64,000 nucleotides of DNA from Paraspadella gotoi (GCA_051294375.1 CM119270.1:6098027-6162026); one strand, 5' to 3'. Numbered from the stretch's first letter, positions 43,701-57,438 are shown. Notes: generated by a model not told the origin, from the sequence alone. Made by a program: numbers and translations.

Positions 43701-46219
43701 AGTCGGACGAGTACAGTAGTCGCTCACGTGCGTAAGCTTATAACAATTCCAATGTCAGTAACGTTTGAGTATCGAAGTAACTACCGTAGTAGTAGTAGTA
43801 GTAGTAGAAAGTCGCAGTATAACAGTAGTATAGGTAGAGATTGTAGCACTGCCCCAAGTTTCAGCCCCTAAATAAAAATGACTTTTTTCAATTTATGAAC
43901 CGTGTCTATTGAGTAAGAATCGATGGACCAAAATGCTTACTATTGGTATGCGCTACACTGCGAGAAGGCGAGGTGAGGAGTGGCCGAAAAAAACCCCCAA
44001 GCCGATTCATTGTGCGAGAGGGCAGAAAAAGAGTGACGAGAGATACATGGAGAAGCGCCTTATCCAAATGGTACGAAAAGTTCCATTAGATTTTTTTCTC
44101 ACGGCAAGAATCTTCCGGTCACCTCGACACTCGGGATAGTGATGTTGGCGGCGGCAAAATTGACCAGCCGATGGACTGAGCTTCAGAACACCGAGAGTGA
44201 TCGACGCAGACTGGGAGTGATAGAGGGATGAGAATGATAGACTAAGTAGGAGAGGAGTACATCGAATTAGAGAATGTTACTTGAGCGAAAAAAAACGAGA
44301 TTAAAATCCTTCTGTAACTGTTTTGGATGTAAATATAAAACTACTATCAATATTCTGAATCGAATTAATGTAAATAATTTTTTAAAATGAATCGTTCCCT
44401 TGTATTAGAAATTATAAAAAAAAGTGCTTCATAAGTTATATTTAAAAGTTATTATTTAAGTAAGCTCCAAAAAACCGCGTGCTCGAATGAACTGTTTGCT
44501 AATTCCAAACTGTCGGTAACATCGACCGACGGGCACATGTGCCCCGGATGCCTGCACCGATCTTGAGATAGAGACTATGTGCAGAGGGGAAGTTCAGCGA
44601 GTGGCTCTGACGGCCGTTCCGTGAGGCAGATCCGAGTCACAGAGGCGGGCAGAAGAGAAGTTTGGCCCGAAGCATAGTTAGGACAGATCTTTGGCGAGTC
44701 GAAGCAGAACCACCTCCCTAGGGGGAAAAATTGGCGCAGAAGATGAGATGAGAGGTTGGGGGCAAAGAGGCGAAGCGGTGGAGGGAAAGACCGCGAATAA
44801 TAGGATAGTATAAGCAGCGAAAGGCGCGAAGAGAGAAAAGGGAGAGTGCGATGTGCGGACGAGTAAGCAGAAATCGAGGTAAAGAAAGATTGAGATAATC
44901 ATAACGGGAAGAGGGAGAAGCGGAGAAAAAATCCGCTAGGAGAAAGACATAAAATGTTTAGACATTTCATGCTATCATGAGTGTTAAAATCATTCCCTTC
45001 TTCTCTCCTGCTCTATCTCTCTCTCCATAGCTCTCAATTCTCTCTCTCTCTCTCTCCTCTCATGCTCTTCTCATCTTATCAAACTTTATACTTACTTTTG
45101 TATATAAGTGATTAACTCAAATTTTGACCCGAGTGCTAGCTTATTTGTAGAGACCTTTCACTGAACTTTTTTTTTTTGGCGCATCATTTACTCAATACGT
45201 GATGCTGTTTTTATTATTCATTTATATTCAATTGACCTGAGACTGGACAATACTTCCCTTGAACCAGTACCATCTTGCTCGCTGAGGAGGAGCTGTGCAA
45301 CATGTTGGTGGCAGTTGTAGCCAGAATGGGGACGTATGCGACCGAGCTTGGATTGGTAGGCCCACTTCTAACAGTAGGTGGAACCTTGAAAAGGAAACGC
45401 GGACTATGAGATTAATTAAATTAGAATTAATTAATTAATTTGAAGCTGTTTAAGTCAATTTCATTTCTAATCCATTCTGTCGTACTCTGTTTAACCCATC
45501 GCCATTTCTGTAACATTATCTATCTCTTGGGCATATTTTTTACATAAACTCTCCAAAAAACGGAGGTTGAGGGACTGTGATATTTGCCTCATAAGGAGTA
45601 TGTGTGGCATTAACTTTGTTAAAACATGGTCTTTCAAGTAGCGGAATGCGACCAAAGTTCAAATTTTGAATTGGCAAACTCCGCATTGAAACTCATCCAT
45701 TGATGTATTAATAATTGTGTATAAAATATTTTTTTTGCAAAAATGATTCGAACCATGAGTTTGAATTCGCTAAGTTAAAATCTGAATTATATTGCTATAT
45801 AATGTCAATACAATATTTTCTTTTTGATATTTTTAAGTTTTAGATTTGTGATTTGATTAAGAGCATAAAAAGTTCTGAATTTAATTAAACGCAAAATCTA
45901 ATTATATTATATTTTTTTTATAACTGAAATAACAAAAATATAATTTCATTAGATGATGATGTGCTTTTTTTACATCAGTTTTTTCCTAATTTTTAACCTT
46001 ACTTATTTACTTCTAATTAATTGATAAAAATATTAATAAAAATAGAAATTCCTACTTTAGGTGAGTTTAAAAACTAATCTTGCACATTAGCATATATATG
46101 GACTTTCTTAAAATAGCTAGATTCCAAAAAAAAAAAAATTTTTTAATTAATTCCTATCTATAATAAGATATAAATAAATTTATACTAGTGCTTCAAGCAT
46201 TTTAAAAATATTTGGTAGC
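35150..46219 (-). other. Second, noisier inverted duplicate (about 11 kb) from the downstream flank back to eEF1A intron 4; probable single raw read
   Basis: Repeats 25922-33660 in the same orientation and extends to the reverse complement of about 15530; error density rises sharply after about 40000. Confidence 0.85.
41468..45390 (-). pseudogene. EEF1A: Heavily garbled copy of eEF1A exons 5-11 (probable artifact)
   Basis: SVEMPNEALVGAAPGDNV at about 43310-43365 and other exon remnants occur at the expected intron spacing. Confidence 0.45.
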
Positions 46220-46278
46220 NNNNNNNNNNNNNNNNNNNNNNNNNCCTCCTCCTCCTCCTCCTCCTCCTCCTCACCTTG

Positions 46279-47998
46279 ATGTCGGACTCGTCGACGGAAT
46301 TGATTCGATCAATCGATTCTGCGACAGAAGGTGAGTTCGACTCTTCGCTGCCCTCACCCCCTTATTTTTTAAAGGGGGAAGGTGGCATGTCCCGGTGCCG
46401 GGGAGAAGGGGGCGGGCGGGCGACGACACATCGCCGACCCCAAATTTTTTTTCTTTTTCATTTTCAAATCGACGGTGCGCGAGTTTTTAATTTATGTATT
46501 CATATTTGTACTTCTTTCCTGAATCAGCTGTTTTTTTTTTTTTTAGTTTATTTGCAAAATAAATTGCATTATCATAAACTGTAATTTACATATATTCGAT
46601 TTTGACATATTTTATGTTTCAAATACGATTTTTCGGCGAACGAATTTTGATTTTTTTTATTCGATTTTGATTTTTTTTTTTTCGATCGCGAATCTCGAAT
46701 CGATTCCGACATTTTTTCTGCTTTAAATTCAATTCCATCGGATTTTCATTTTTTTGAATTAATTTTGTATTCTAAACTCTTTCTCTTTATTGAATTCAGT
46801 TTATTTCAGTTTTCCGATTCGTGTTATTGTCTTATTAAATGCGATTTATTTTACAAAACTTTTGAATTTTTGAATTGAGTCGAAGTCTTTCATTGGTTTT
46901 GTTTATATCCATTCATAAACATCAAGAGTTGTCATGAATTATATATAATATCTATATATAATATAATANNNNNNNNNNNNNNNNNNNNNNNNNCATATAT
47001 ATTTAATATATACAAAACGGATGTTTGCCCTTCACAATTTCTTTTTCTCTCTAGCGTCTCTTTTTTCCAACTCCGCCTCCAACGCCGTGTCGCTTCGGCG
47101 GGCCGCCGCCCGTTCACGGCACCTCCACCGACGCTGCAGTCTCGACAGCTTCCGTCCCTTTGCCTTCTCCTCCTGCACGATTTGTCCGCTATAATTAAGC
47201 GCGCATCGGCATCGCCTCGGCCATCGCGCGTCGGCATCTGCTCCGGCATCGCTCTCGCGGCATGCCTCCGCATCGCCCGCAGACATGCGCCTCCGACCGT
47301 CCAAAAACGCGCTTCCCTTCCGTCCGAAGATTCATAATCGCCGACTTCTCCCGGGAATTTTGGTTCAACTTCTATCACAAACTCTCCCAACTTCGATTTC
47401 GACGAACCATCCTAATTCTTCGCGATTTCTTCTGCGAGCTCAAACGCAAATCCCTCGCGAATCCATCAATTCTATCATAATTCTGCAACAAACTGCTTCG
47501 TATTCTTTTCACGAATTCTCTCACCAATCGGCTAATTCTATCACAACCATCCCCTCGCATTCCCTCTGATTTCAAACTCGATCTTTCGGTTCCTAGTTTG
47601 CGGACAAAGTCTTACGCTGCGGCGCTGACAGGAGGTGAGTTAATTACTGATAGTGAACGCAATCCATGACATAATTTGAATTAGATCCTATATAGCTGCT
47701 GATTTGGAAATGAGAACGAAGTTATGAAACTGTTAACTAATGAGTTAAAATTTTAGTGTTCTGAATTAAAAACTTTATTTTAGAAAGACTTACTTAGTAT
47801 GACTAGGAATCTGTTTGCAAAAATGTTAATTACTTTTAACCAGTTTTTCTTTGTTTTAAATTTATTAATTATTTATTTATTCGGTTTATGAATAATTAAT
47901 TGTGTATAGCTTTCGATTTCGTTGTGTTTCGAATTTAGGGGGGAGGGGAGGGGAAAAAAACGAATTTTTGTTTTGGTTTTGTAACGAATTTTTTAGGA

Positions 47999-48029
<31 letters not shown>

Positions 48030-48898
48030 CAGCCAATGTTACAGCTGATGAAGGAACGTGGCACCTCCACCGACGCTGCACCCGACAGCTCCGTCCCTTG
48101 CACCTCATCCTCCTGCACATTTTCGTCCGCTACCGCATCCGGCATCGCCTCCGGCATCGCCTCCGACATCGCCTCCGGCATCGCCTCCGACATCGCCACA
48201 GACATCGCCTCCGACCGTCCCAAAACGGCTTCCCTTCCGTCCGAAGATTCACAATCGCCGACTTCTCCCGGGAATTTTGTCACAACTTCTATCACAAACT
48301 CTCCCAACTTCGTTTCGACGACCATCACTAATTCTTCCGATTATCTCGCGAGCTCAAACGCAAATCCCATCGCGAATCCAATCAATTCTATCATAAATTC
48401 TAGCACAAACTCTTCGTATTCTTTCACGAATTCTCTCACCAATTCGGCTAATTCTATCACAAATCCTCTCGCTAATTCGCCTCTGATTCTCAATCGATCT
48501 TTCGGTTCTAGTTTGCGACAAAACGTCTACGCTTCGGCGCTGACAGGAGGTGAGTTAATTACTGATAGTGCACGCAATCCATGACATAATTTGAATTAGA
48601 TCCTATAATAGCTGACTGATTTTGAAAATGAGAACGAAGTTTATGAAACTGATTAACTAATAGTTAAAATTTTAGTAGTTCTGAATTAAAAACTTTATTT
48701 TAGAAAAGACTTACTTAGTATGACCTAGGAATCTGTGGGCAAAATGTTAATTACTTTTTGAGATTTATTTGAAACTCATTCTATTCTATTAAACTTATCT
48801 GAACAGATAACCTCAACCCAATTGTCTTTCGAATAGACGAGACACAACTGGACACGACATTCGAAGACTTCCTCCATCATCTGCCACTTAAGATCTGA
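46279..48898 (+). CDS. Putative spliced gene for a Ser/Thr/Asn-rich low-complexity protein; interrupted by a gap and a noisy duplicate
   Basis: Exon 46279-46330 (MSDSSTELIRSIDSATE, GTGAGT donor). Large exon with acceptor near 47054 in the noisy copy and a clean body at about 48061-48549 (GTSTDAAPDSS...IASG/IASD repeats...QNVYASALTG, GTGAGT donor). Phase-compatible terminal exon 48807-48898 (DNLNPIVFRIDETQLDTTFEDFLHHLPLKI*). Confidence 0.5.
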
Positions 48899-50604
48899 AA
48901 ATTAGTCTAACCACACAAATCTTAAACATCCTTAGCCAATGGTAATAGCATAGCCAATAGCCAATGCAATAGCCAATAGCCAATACCAATCAGCCAATTA
49001 CGCCAATTAGCCAATAGCCAATGCCCAATGGCCAACAGCCATAGCCAATTTTTAGCCATCTCCCTAACACCACTGAGCTGAATGCGGCGCACGGCGGCGT
49101 GCAAGGGTTGGAACCCGGGTGGACGAGTTGACCATCGCGCCGAGGAAGAGTTGGATCCGGTAAGGAGATGGTAGTGATGGGAAGGTAAGGCGGAGGAGGC
49201 GGAAGGCAGATCGCGCGGGGCGGGCCTCGAAGTGGGGCGGCGCTCTCTCAAGATCTCAAATCCGTCGAAGGGCTGAACCCAGTGCCAGCGGTGTTCGCGC
49301 GATCCAAGGAGTACCCAATCGGCCGTCGCGCATCGTGTCCGGCGGAGCAAAGTGGGCGAGCCTCCACGTGCACCGAAACCTTAGTTATTCATCAGGCGAA
49401 TCATGCATCAAGTCATCACAGCAGTCATCGGAATCCACGTCGATCATGCAGTTGTCAGACAGGTCATGTGAAATCGATCATTGGGCAGTGAATCGTACGT
49501 CGATCGATCAGATCGCCGGTCGTACTGGATCATATCGATTATCGCTGTCATCATAATCGAGCACATATCATCATCCGTCGACTCACAACATAATCAGACA
49601 ATCACAGAACGATTCAATCGATTCGTCGTCAATTTCCATTATCTGATATTCATGTCTAGTCAATTAAGGTATCATCCTCCACGCCGATTATTGTGATGCA
49701 TTCTGAAGATGTGAGACAGACATAAGAGTAAGTAAACATAAGAACTAACAATCTTAAAAGTAAAACAAACCCAGTAACATGCTACGGTACTTGAAATAAC
49801 TTTGCATTATCTATATCTAATTCACATCAGACCGATAGAAAGACCTACGTGGTCTGCCAAAGGCGTCACTGCCAGTGTCGTTCTCACTCTCTCTCTCTCT
49901 CTCTCTCCTCTCTCTCCCTCTTTCACATTCATAATCAAATTCTCAATACCTCTCGATTGTTATGCGATCTTAATTTATTCAATCGACACTATGACGAAAG
50001 TATTTTACGAATTCAATTTCTTTTTATCATTTTTATACATGTTATACATTCCATTTCTCGCGGAGCATCTCATGTTAGACGAGTATTTATGAGAGAGCAT
50101 GCCGGCTTTTAGTGGTTATTTTTAGGAGAGGTGACGAGTCACAGTTAGGCCGGGGTATAGTGGAAATATACAGAGAGAGGATATCGATTACTTGAGAGAG
50201 AGATGAGATTCGAGTATTATAGTTTTATGAGTTTGCGGCGGGAGAAGATAACAAGGATTAATAATTACCATTAAACAAGCTAAAAGGGAGAAGCGAGATA
50301 AGAAAGAAAAAAGGCAGTTTAAGGAAGAACTTACACTTCAAAGAAAGATTCAACAACAAAAAATTAAACGAAAGATTCAAGAAAAGATTCAAAGAAAGAT
50401 TCAAAAGAAAGATTCAAAGAAAGATCAAAGGAAGCAATGGAAAGCGGACAGAGAAAAGAGGAAGCAAAAAGGTGGACGATTCCCGCTCAAAATGTTGTCT
50501 TTTCAATGCATGAGTAAAGTTGATAATGTAAGCGTCGATCATGAAGTCTTATTGGTCTTTTTTTTTTTCATCCTTTTCGTCTCGGTTGCTGACGAGACTA
50601 GAGA

Positions 50605-51023
50605 AACCGCATCTGTCCGTTCGTCTGTCTAAGATTTAGTCGTTTTCGTTTGTCGAAAATAAAAATTTCTTCCGAAAAAAAAAAAACAAAAATAAGTAAA
50701 TAAGAAAAAGAAATAATGTTATAATTAATATATTTCAGGGAGGAAAACCATTTATTTGTTTTGTTTGCAACGAATTTTTTTAGGAACATTTTTTTTCGGA
50801 CGTGTTTCGACTCTACCGTTACAGTATTTCATCAGCTGTAACATGTCTGAAAAAAAAAAAAAAATGTCCTAAAAAATTCGTTACGAAAACAAAACAATAA
50901 ATCGTTTTTTCCCTCCCCTCCCCTAAATTCGAAAACACAACGAAAATCGAAAGCTATACACAATTAATTATTCATAAACGAATAAATAAATAATTAATAA
51001 ATTTAAAACAAAGAAAAACTGGT
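50605..51023. mobile_element. Foldback/palindromic repeat with a central hammerhead-like motif; one arm recurs at 47838-48060 and 52022-52225
   Basis: AACGAATTTTTTTAGGA..TTTTTTCGGACGTGTT is mirrored by AACATGTCTGAAAAAA..TCCTAAAAAATTCGTT around a centre near 50820. Confidence 0.5.
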
Positions 51024-52320
51024 TAAAAGTAAATTAACATTTTTGCACACAGAATTCCTAGTCATACTAAGTAAGTCTTTTCTAAAATAAAGTTTTTAAT
51101 TCAGAAGCACTAAAAATTTTAACTCATTATTAATCAGTTTCAATAAACTTCGTTCTCATTTCCAAAATCGCAGCTATATAGGATCTAATTCAAATTATGT
51201 CAATGGATTGCGTTCACTATCAGTAATTAACTCACCTCCTGTCAGGCGCCGCAGCGTAGACTTTTGTCCGCAAACCTAGGAACCGAAAGATCGATTTGAG
51301 ATCAGAGGGAATGCGAGGAGGTTGTGATAGAATTAGCCGAATTGGTGAAGAGAATTCGTGAAAAGAATACGAAGCAGTTTGTTGCAGAATTATGATAGAA
51401 TTGATGGATTCGCGAGGATTTGCGTTTGAGCTCGCAGAAGAATAATCGCAAGAATAGTGATGGTTCGTCGAAATCGAAGTTGGGAGAGTTTGTGATAGAA
51501 GTTGAACCAAAATTCCCGGAGAAGTCGGCGATTGTGAATCTTCGGACGGAAGGGAAGCGCGTTTGGACGTCGGAGGCGCATGTCTGGGGCGATGACGGAG
51601 GCATGCTCGCGAGAGCGATGCGGAGTCAGATGCCGGACGCGCCGATGCCGGACGGCGATGCCGATGCGCGCTAGCGGACAAATGTGCAGGAGGAGAGGCA
51701 AGGGACGGAAGCATGTCCGGTGCAGCGTCGGATGGAGGTGCCGTGGAACGGCGCGGCCGCCGGAAGCGACGACGGCGGTTGAGGCGGAGTTGGAAAAAAG
51801 AGACGCTAGAGGAAAAGAAATGTGAGGGCAAACATCCGTTTTTGTATATATTAATATATATGATTATATTATATATAGATATTATATATAATTCATGACA
51901 ACTCTTGATGTTTATGATGGATTAACACAAACCAAATGAAAGACTTCGACTCAATTCAAAAATTCAAAGTTTGTAAAATAAAATCGGCAATTTAATNNNN
52001 NNNNNNNNNNNNNNNNNNNNNCACGTTCCTTCATCAGCTGTAACATGGTCTGAAAAAAAAAAAAAAAATTTGTCCTAAAAAATTCGTTCAAAACCAAAAG
52101 CAAAAATTCGTTTTTCCTCCCTCCCCCTAAATTCGAAAACACAACGAAATGAAGTCTATACACAATTAATTATTCATAAACGAATAAATAAATAATTATA
52201 AATTTAAAACAAAGAAAACTGGTTTTCTCAATAGTGTGTTTAGACGTTCACGATATTTTAATCAGTCTTTACCAATCGCCCAGATAACTAATTTCGTCTT
52301 CCTCGCCCAACTTCTTGCAG

Positions 52321-53495
52321 CATACGGTTCCACTCAACTGCCGCAACTCGGCGCCACGGGACTGCATCTTCAGTTCGCGCCGCAACATTCGACGGTGCCG
52401 CCGCAAATGAGTCTGCAGGTAGGAAGGAATGCTTCTCAATGCTGATGTTGCTGCGGTTTGGATGTTGTTATTGTTGCATAAGAACTAGATTTGATTAAAA
52501 TTGATCGCGTTTCAGTCGTGTTACTATACGGATTATCAGGTAACGTATATATTCCCATTTCATTAACTGATTAAATAATTTTTAAAAATGAATTTTATAA
52601 CTTTTAACAAAAACGGTAATTCTGGAATTCTTGTAGAACAGTTTTAAAAACTTGAATTAACATGACTTTTGGTGACGGCGATAATGACGATCACTAAAAT
52701 CTAAATGATAACTAATCTCACCCTGATTCTCTTCTTCCAGAGTCTCCAAGCCTTCGCTGCGGCGATGGCTGCTGTCAATCCGCACGGAACGCTGACGCCG
52801 ACTTCGCCGCTTACGCCGCTGTCGCCGCTGAGCCTCAGTCAGTCGCTCAATCTGCAGGTGGAGATCTGTCGAATTGACATAAAAAGTTAATTTACAAATA
52901 GGGAATTTAAAAGATGGTTATAATGGTTAACATGGTTAATTTAGTTTAATTTTAAAAAAAGGTGGTTGCAACGTGAGAATAAAGATTACATTCTTGCGAT
53001 TTTAATATGCGATTGTTGTTGTTTTGAATGTCGGTGATTTTAAAATCTATTCCAAATACAAAACTTTCAAAGACTGAAAAGCATTGAAAAGCATTACAAC
53101 GATTGGTCAAATATCAGTTTAATCGACCAATCACATCTTCTCCTCTTCTCTCTTTTTCCTCGTCAAGACTCTCAACCAAGGAAGTCCCCAAGCCCTCGCC
53201 AACCTCTCGCCATCTTCCTCCACCGGAAGCGGACTTCAGTCCGTCGCTCAAAACGCTCTTCAAACGCAGGTGAGGGAAAAGTGGGGCTTAGGGTGGGCGG
53301 GTTGGTTAAGGAAAAGTAGGAGAGCAGCAATGTGTTAGTGGTAAGGATTAGAGAGAAAGGAACATAACAGGATTTACTATAGACAATGAAACTTAGATTA
53401 GTAAAAAATATAAAAAGTTGAAAAGAATTTTATGTTCACCATAATGAAGCTCACTATGTTTTTTCTCATGTCAGTACTCGAAATTCTCTCTCTCC

Positions 53496-53552
<57 letters not shown>

Positions 53553-53666
53553 ACTCCTCTCTCACTCTATCAGATCTCATCTTCGGCTCCATCCACGTGT
53601 TCTGATCCAGAGAGTCCCAACGCCGTCGCAGCCTCCGCGATTCAAGTGGCGCCCTCCACGTCGTAA
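52321..53666 (+). CDS. Four 3' exons of a gene with a Gln/Ser/Pro/Ala-rich tail (regulatory-protein-like); identity unknown
   Basis: GT-AG exons 52321-52418, 52741-52857, 53168-53269, 53574-53666 are in frame: YGSTQLPQLGATGLHLQFAPQHSTVPPQMSLQ / SLQAFAAAMAAVNPHGTLTPTSPLTPLSPLSLSQSLNLQ / TLNQGSPQALANLSPSSSTGSGLQSVAQNALQTQ / ISSSAPSTCSDPESPNAVAASAIQVAPSTS*. They are GC-rich islands in AT-rich introns. Confidence 0.75.
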
Positions 53667-53672
53667 GTAGTT

Positions 53673-53875
53673 ATCATCATCATCATCATCATCATCGTCA
53701 TCATCATTTTCATCATCATCATCATTGTCGTCGTCGTCGTCATCGCCGTCGACGTCATATCATTATCGCTGTCATCATAATCATCATATCATCATCGTCC
53801 TCAACATCATAATCATCATCAACATAAACATAATCATCGTCATCATCATTATCATCATCATCATTAATATCATTC
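53673..53875. repeat. (ATC/GTC)n trinucleotide tract
   Basis: Seen directly after the stop codon. Confidence 0.9.
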
Positions 53876-53988
53876 CACCTCGATTTTGTGATCATCTGAG
53901 AGTGTGAGAAATAAAGTAATACACTAAACTAAAATCTTAAATTAAAAACAACCTAACATCTACGTACTTGAAATAACTCCCCTTTCTA

Positions 53989-54047
<59 letters not shown>

Positions 54048-56365
54048 ACTATTCATAATCAAATTCTCAATACCTCTCGATTGTTATGCGATCTTATGTT
54101 ATTCAATCGAATATGAACGAAGTATTTTTAGATTCAATCTTTTATCATTTTTATAACTGTTATAATTCATTTCGCTGGTAGCATTCTTTTAGCTTTTATA
54201 TCCGCCTTTTGTTTTTGTCGCGTCTCATAAGCGGGTTTAGTGAATATACAAAAGAATTAATTACTTGGAATTTATTCATATTATTTTTATTATTTTTCGG
54301 TCGAATGATAACGTAATTAACTATTAGTATTATGCAACAATTAGGCTCACTTTAATAAACTATTAATAAATGCAAAAAAACTGGACGGTAACAATTTGTT
54401 TTCACATTAATTTTGCAATATACAATTCTAACATTGCCATGGCAGTAAAGTTTGGTTCATATTTCGCTGATAATCATAAAAAAGAAAAAAGTATTGATGC
54501 AACCAAATTCAAAAACCTTCCATTAATCTAGGAAATAATTAATAAAAGGTCGAGACCGAGGGGAAACGAAAAAAAAAGCTTTACCTTCTTTTGACTGATA
54601 AATAAATAATTATGAAAGAAATTGCTAATCGCGTGTTACTTCGGTTAAGAGAGGAAGTGGATGTCCTCTCGTCATAATAAAATCGTACTTTTATTTTTCA
54701 TTTTATTTTTTTCTTAAATTAAAACTATATAAGAGATTATGATTTTTCTCTATTTTCTCTTATTAAACTCAACCAAGAAAGAAAAACAACAATTAAAACT
54801 TTAATCATTTAAAAAAACGCGGACTTTTTCAGGCGAGTAAACGATAACGTAAACAAGCTTTCGTCACTAAGGCAAAATAATATTTTGGTTAAAATTACTT
54901 ATATTTTTTGAATATTATATTATAAATTTATTCAGTCAATAAAAAATATTAACATCGGTGTCTGCATAGTATAAAGTTAAATCAGACTTCTTAAATTAAA
55001 CACGGAATAAAAGCTCGTCAAATTGCGTAAATATTTAAAAAAAAAATTTTTTTCAACCGAAGTGTCGAATGACATTGGTTAATTCATCTTGACATTTCCC
55101 TTCTCAAAACGCGTTGAACGACACGGGTCGAGCCAAAGCGTCATTTAACTAAACTTTATTAAAATAAGAATTATTAATAAACTTTAATTGGTTAAAAGTT
55201 ATTAACAAAAAAAAATTTATCATGATGGAGTCGGCAAACTTTTCTTATTTTTTATTATTTTTTTTTAAAGAGTTCAATAATTATTTTAAACTACATCAAA
55301 TGACTTGTTTGTCTGGACACGCGAGTTCCTCATAATCGTGTCTTCAAAAAAAAAGACCGCCAACCGAAAATGGCGACGAAATCCGAACGAATCCCGAACT
55401 TCGCCGTTGACTTAGTTTATTGTTTGTAATATTATTACAAAATATAAAATAAAGATAGGACGACAAAATATATTACTATAAACATGCAGTGAAAAAACGC
55501 GAAATTTTTAATACAGTGTTGAATGCAGAGCAGAGACATATTTATATTTGAACTTTTTTTTTTCAGAATCTCGAATATTTTTTTTTCAGTTTTAAGATAT
55601 AGATTTAAAAAAAAAACTGAGATAGAAATAAAGGAGCATATATAATATTTTATCCTTCCTTAATTTAGTCAGGTTTTCAAAATTTAAATGTCCGAAACCC
55701 GTGCCTGCTGCTCTACACAATAAATTTCAGTTAAATAGACAAGTAACCAGTTTAAAACTATAAGTTATAAACAAAACAAACAAACAAACAGGACATTAAT
55801 TAAGATTTAAAAATAATTTTAACCACTGTGTTGAATATGCTTTCACCGTAATTGTAGCAAAGTAAAATAAAAATACATTAAATTAATGTCCTTTCTATTT
55901 TTTTATAAATAACGTCAAATATATGCCACGATCAGTATGCCATGGCTGATTACTGTTTATTACAATTGTTTGTTTCATCTACGATAAATTGAACAACATT
56001 GACCACACATCTTCTCTAAGATTTTGTGTCAAACTATAAATAGTTTTATAAAAGCTTGCAAAAAGTTAAAGATATCATAAAATTAAAATTCTGTAAAAAA
56101 GACACTAAGGTTAAGATTGTATGTACAACAAAAGCGTTGTTGGAAAGCTACAGCAAAGCTCATTTACAACGAAACTGTATGATTACTGAATCGCAAAAAC
56201 CAGTGAAAGCCAGTTAATCAGTAAATACCTTAAATATAATCTTTTCATTGTAAAAATAAATTATCAGTTTAATATTAAAAAAATTTATTCACTTAAACCC
56301 CTACAGCAATTTTTATCTCTCATGCTCGCGCCGGTCCCGCTTGACTGATCCGTCTCGTCGCGGAT

Positions 56366-56721
56366 TCAGAGCTGGAACTCTTGCACTCCCCCGTCCTTGC
56401 AGGCCTGACACAAATCCTTGTTGTGCTGGGTGGCCCGGCTTGCCCTGTCGACGGTCGATCCCATGGCGGCTGCCAGAAACCGTAATAGACTTGCCCGATG
56501 CGGTTGTACACGTTGCCCACAACCTGGTTTCGAAAAAAAAAATGGGGGATGTGGATTGAGGGGCGAGGGTTAAGGGGATGATATGAAAGGGAAATAAAAA
56601 GGAAGAAGATGTGAGGGAAGTTGGAAAAATTGAGAAGGTAGAGAAAGGGTCGAAAGAAGAAAGGAGAAAGAAAGCAAGAGATTAGAAGAAAGAAAGAAAA
56701 AAAGAAAGAAAGAAAGAAAGA

Positions 56722-56754
<33 letters not shown>

Positions 56755-57393
56755 AAAGAGAAAGAACAGAAGAAAGCCAATTCTGGCTTTTTAAACAATC
56801 GGCCAAAGTGCAAAAACCCCAGCAAGACCAATCAACCAATCAATCAAATCCTCACCTGCCCCCATGGATGAATCAACCAGTCAATCGACCTCACCTTGAC
56901 GACCTCCTCGGGATACCACATGGCCGGCTCGAAGGTCCCGTTGGCGCATCGTTTGCATTGCTGCCCGTAGAGTTTGAATTGAACTGCAGCCTCGTAGAGG
57001 CGACGTCGAGACAATACCAGAAGGTGACCCGACCCTTCATGGAAGTCCAACCGTGGCCGCAGGACTGGACGAGGTAATCGGTGTTGAAAATGGTCAAGTT
57101 AATCAAGTCAATTAATCGAGATGAAAAGGTCAATCTAAGGTCAATTAATCGGGATGAAAAGGTCAATCAAAGTCAATTAATCGGATTGAAAAAGACAATC
57201 AGGGCCAATCAATCGCGATGAAAAAGAAAATCAAGCCAATCAATCGGGATGAAATGGTCAATTAAAGATCAATCAGCCGTCTTGATGGCATGAGCTTTAT
57301 CATGAACCCATAAAAATAATAACAACAACAGTCGCAAAGACAACAGCAACATCTGAATCGATTTGAATTGGTAGAAGATTACTTGGAATTTCC

Positions 57394-57438
<45 letters not shown>

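Noticed and set aside
32431-45390. An eEF1A pseudogene cluster as real biology
   Set aside because: The indel-dominated pattern, overlapping redundancy and gap boundaries point to unpolished reads.
48036-48060. MLQLMKER start of the 182-aa ORF
   Set aside because: This stretch is the interior of the foldback repeat joined to the clean exon, not a true N-terminus.
48922-50460. ORFs and short repeats (AGCCAAT, AAAGAAAGATTC)
   Set aside because: Much of 49200-50300 is a garbled copy of about 53570-54330; the rest is simple repeat.
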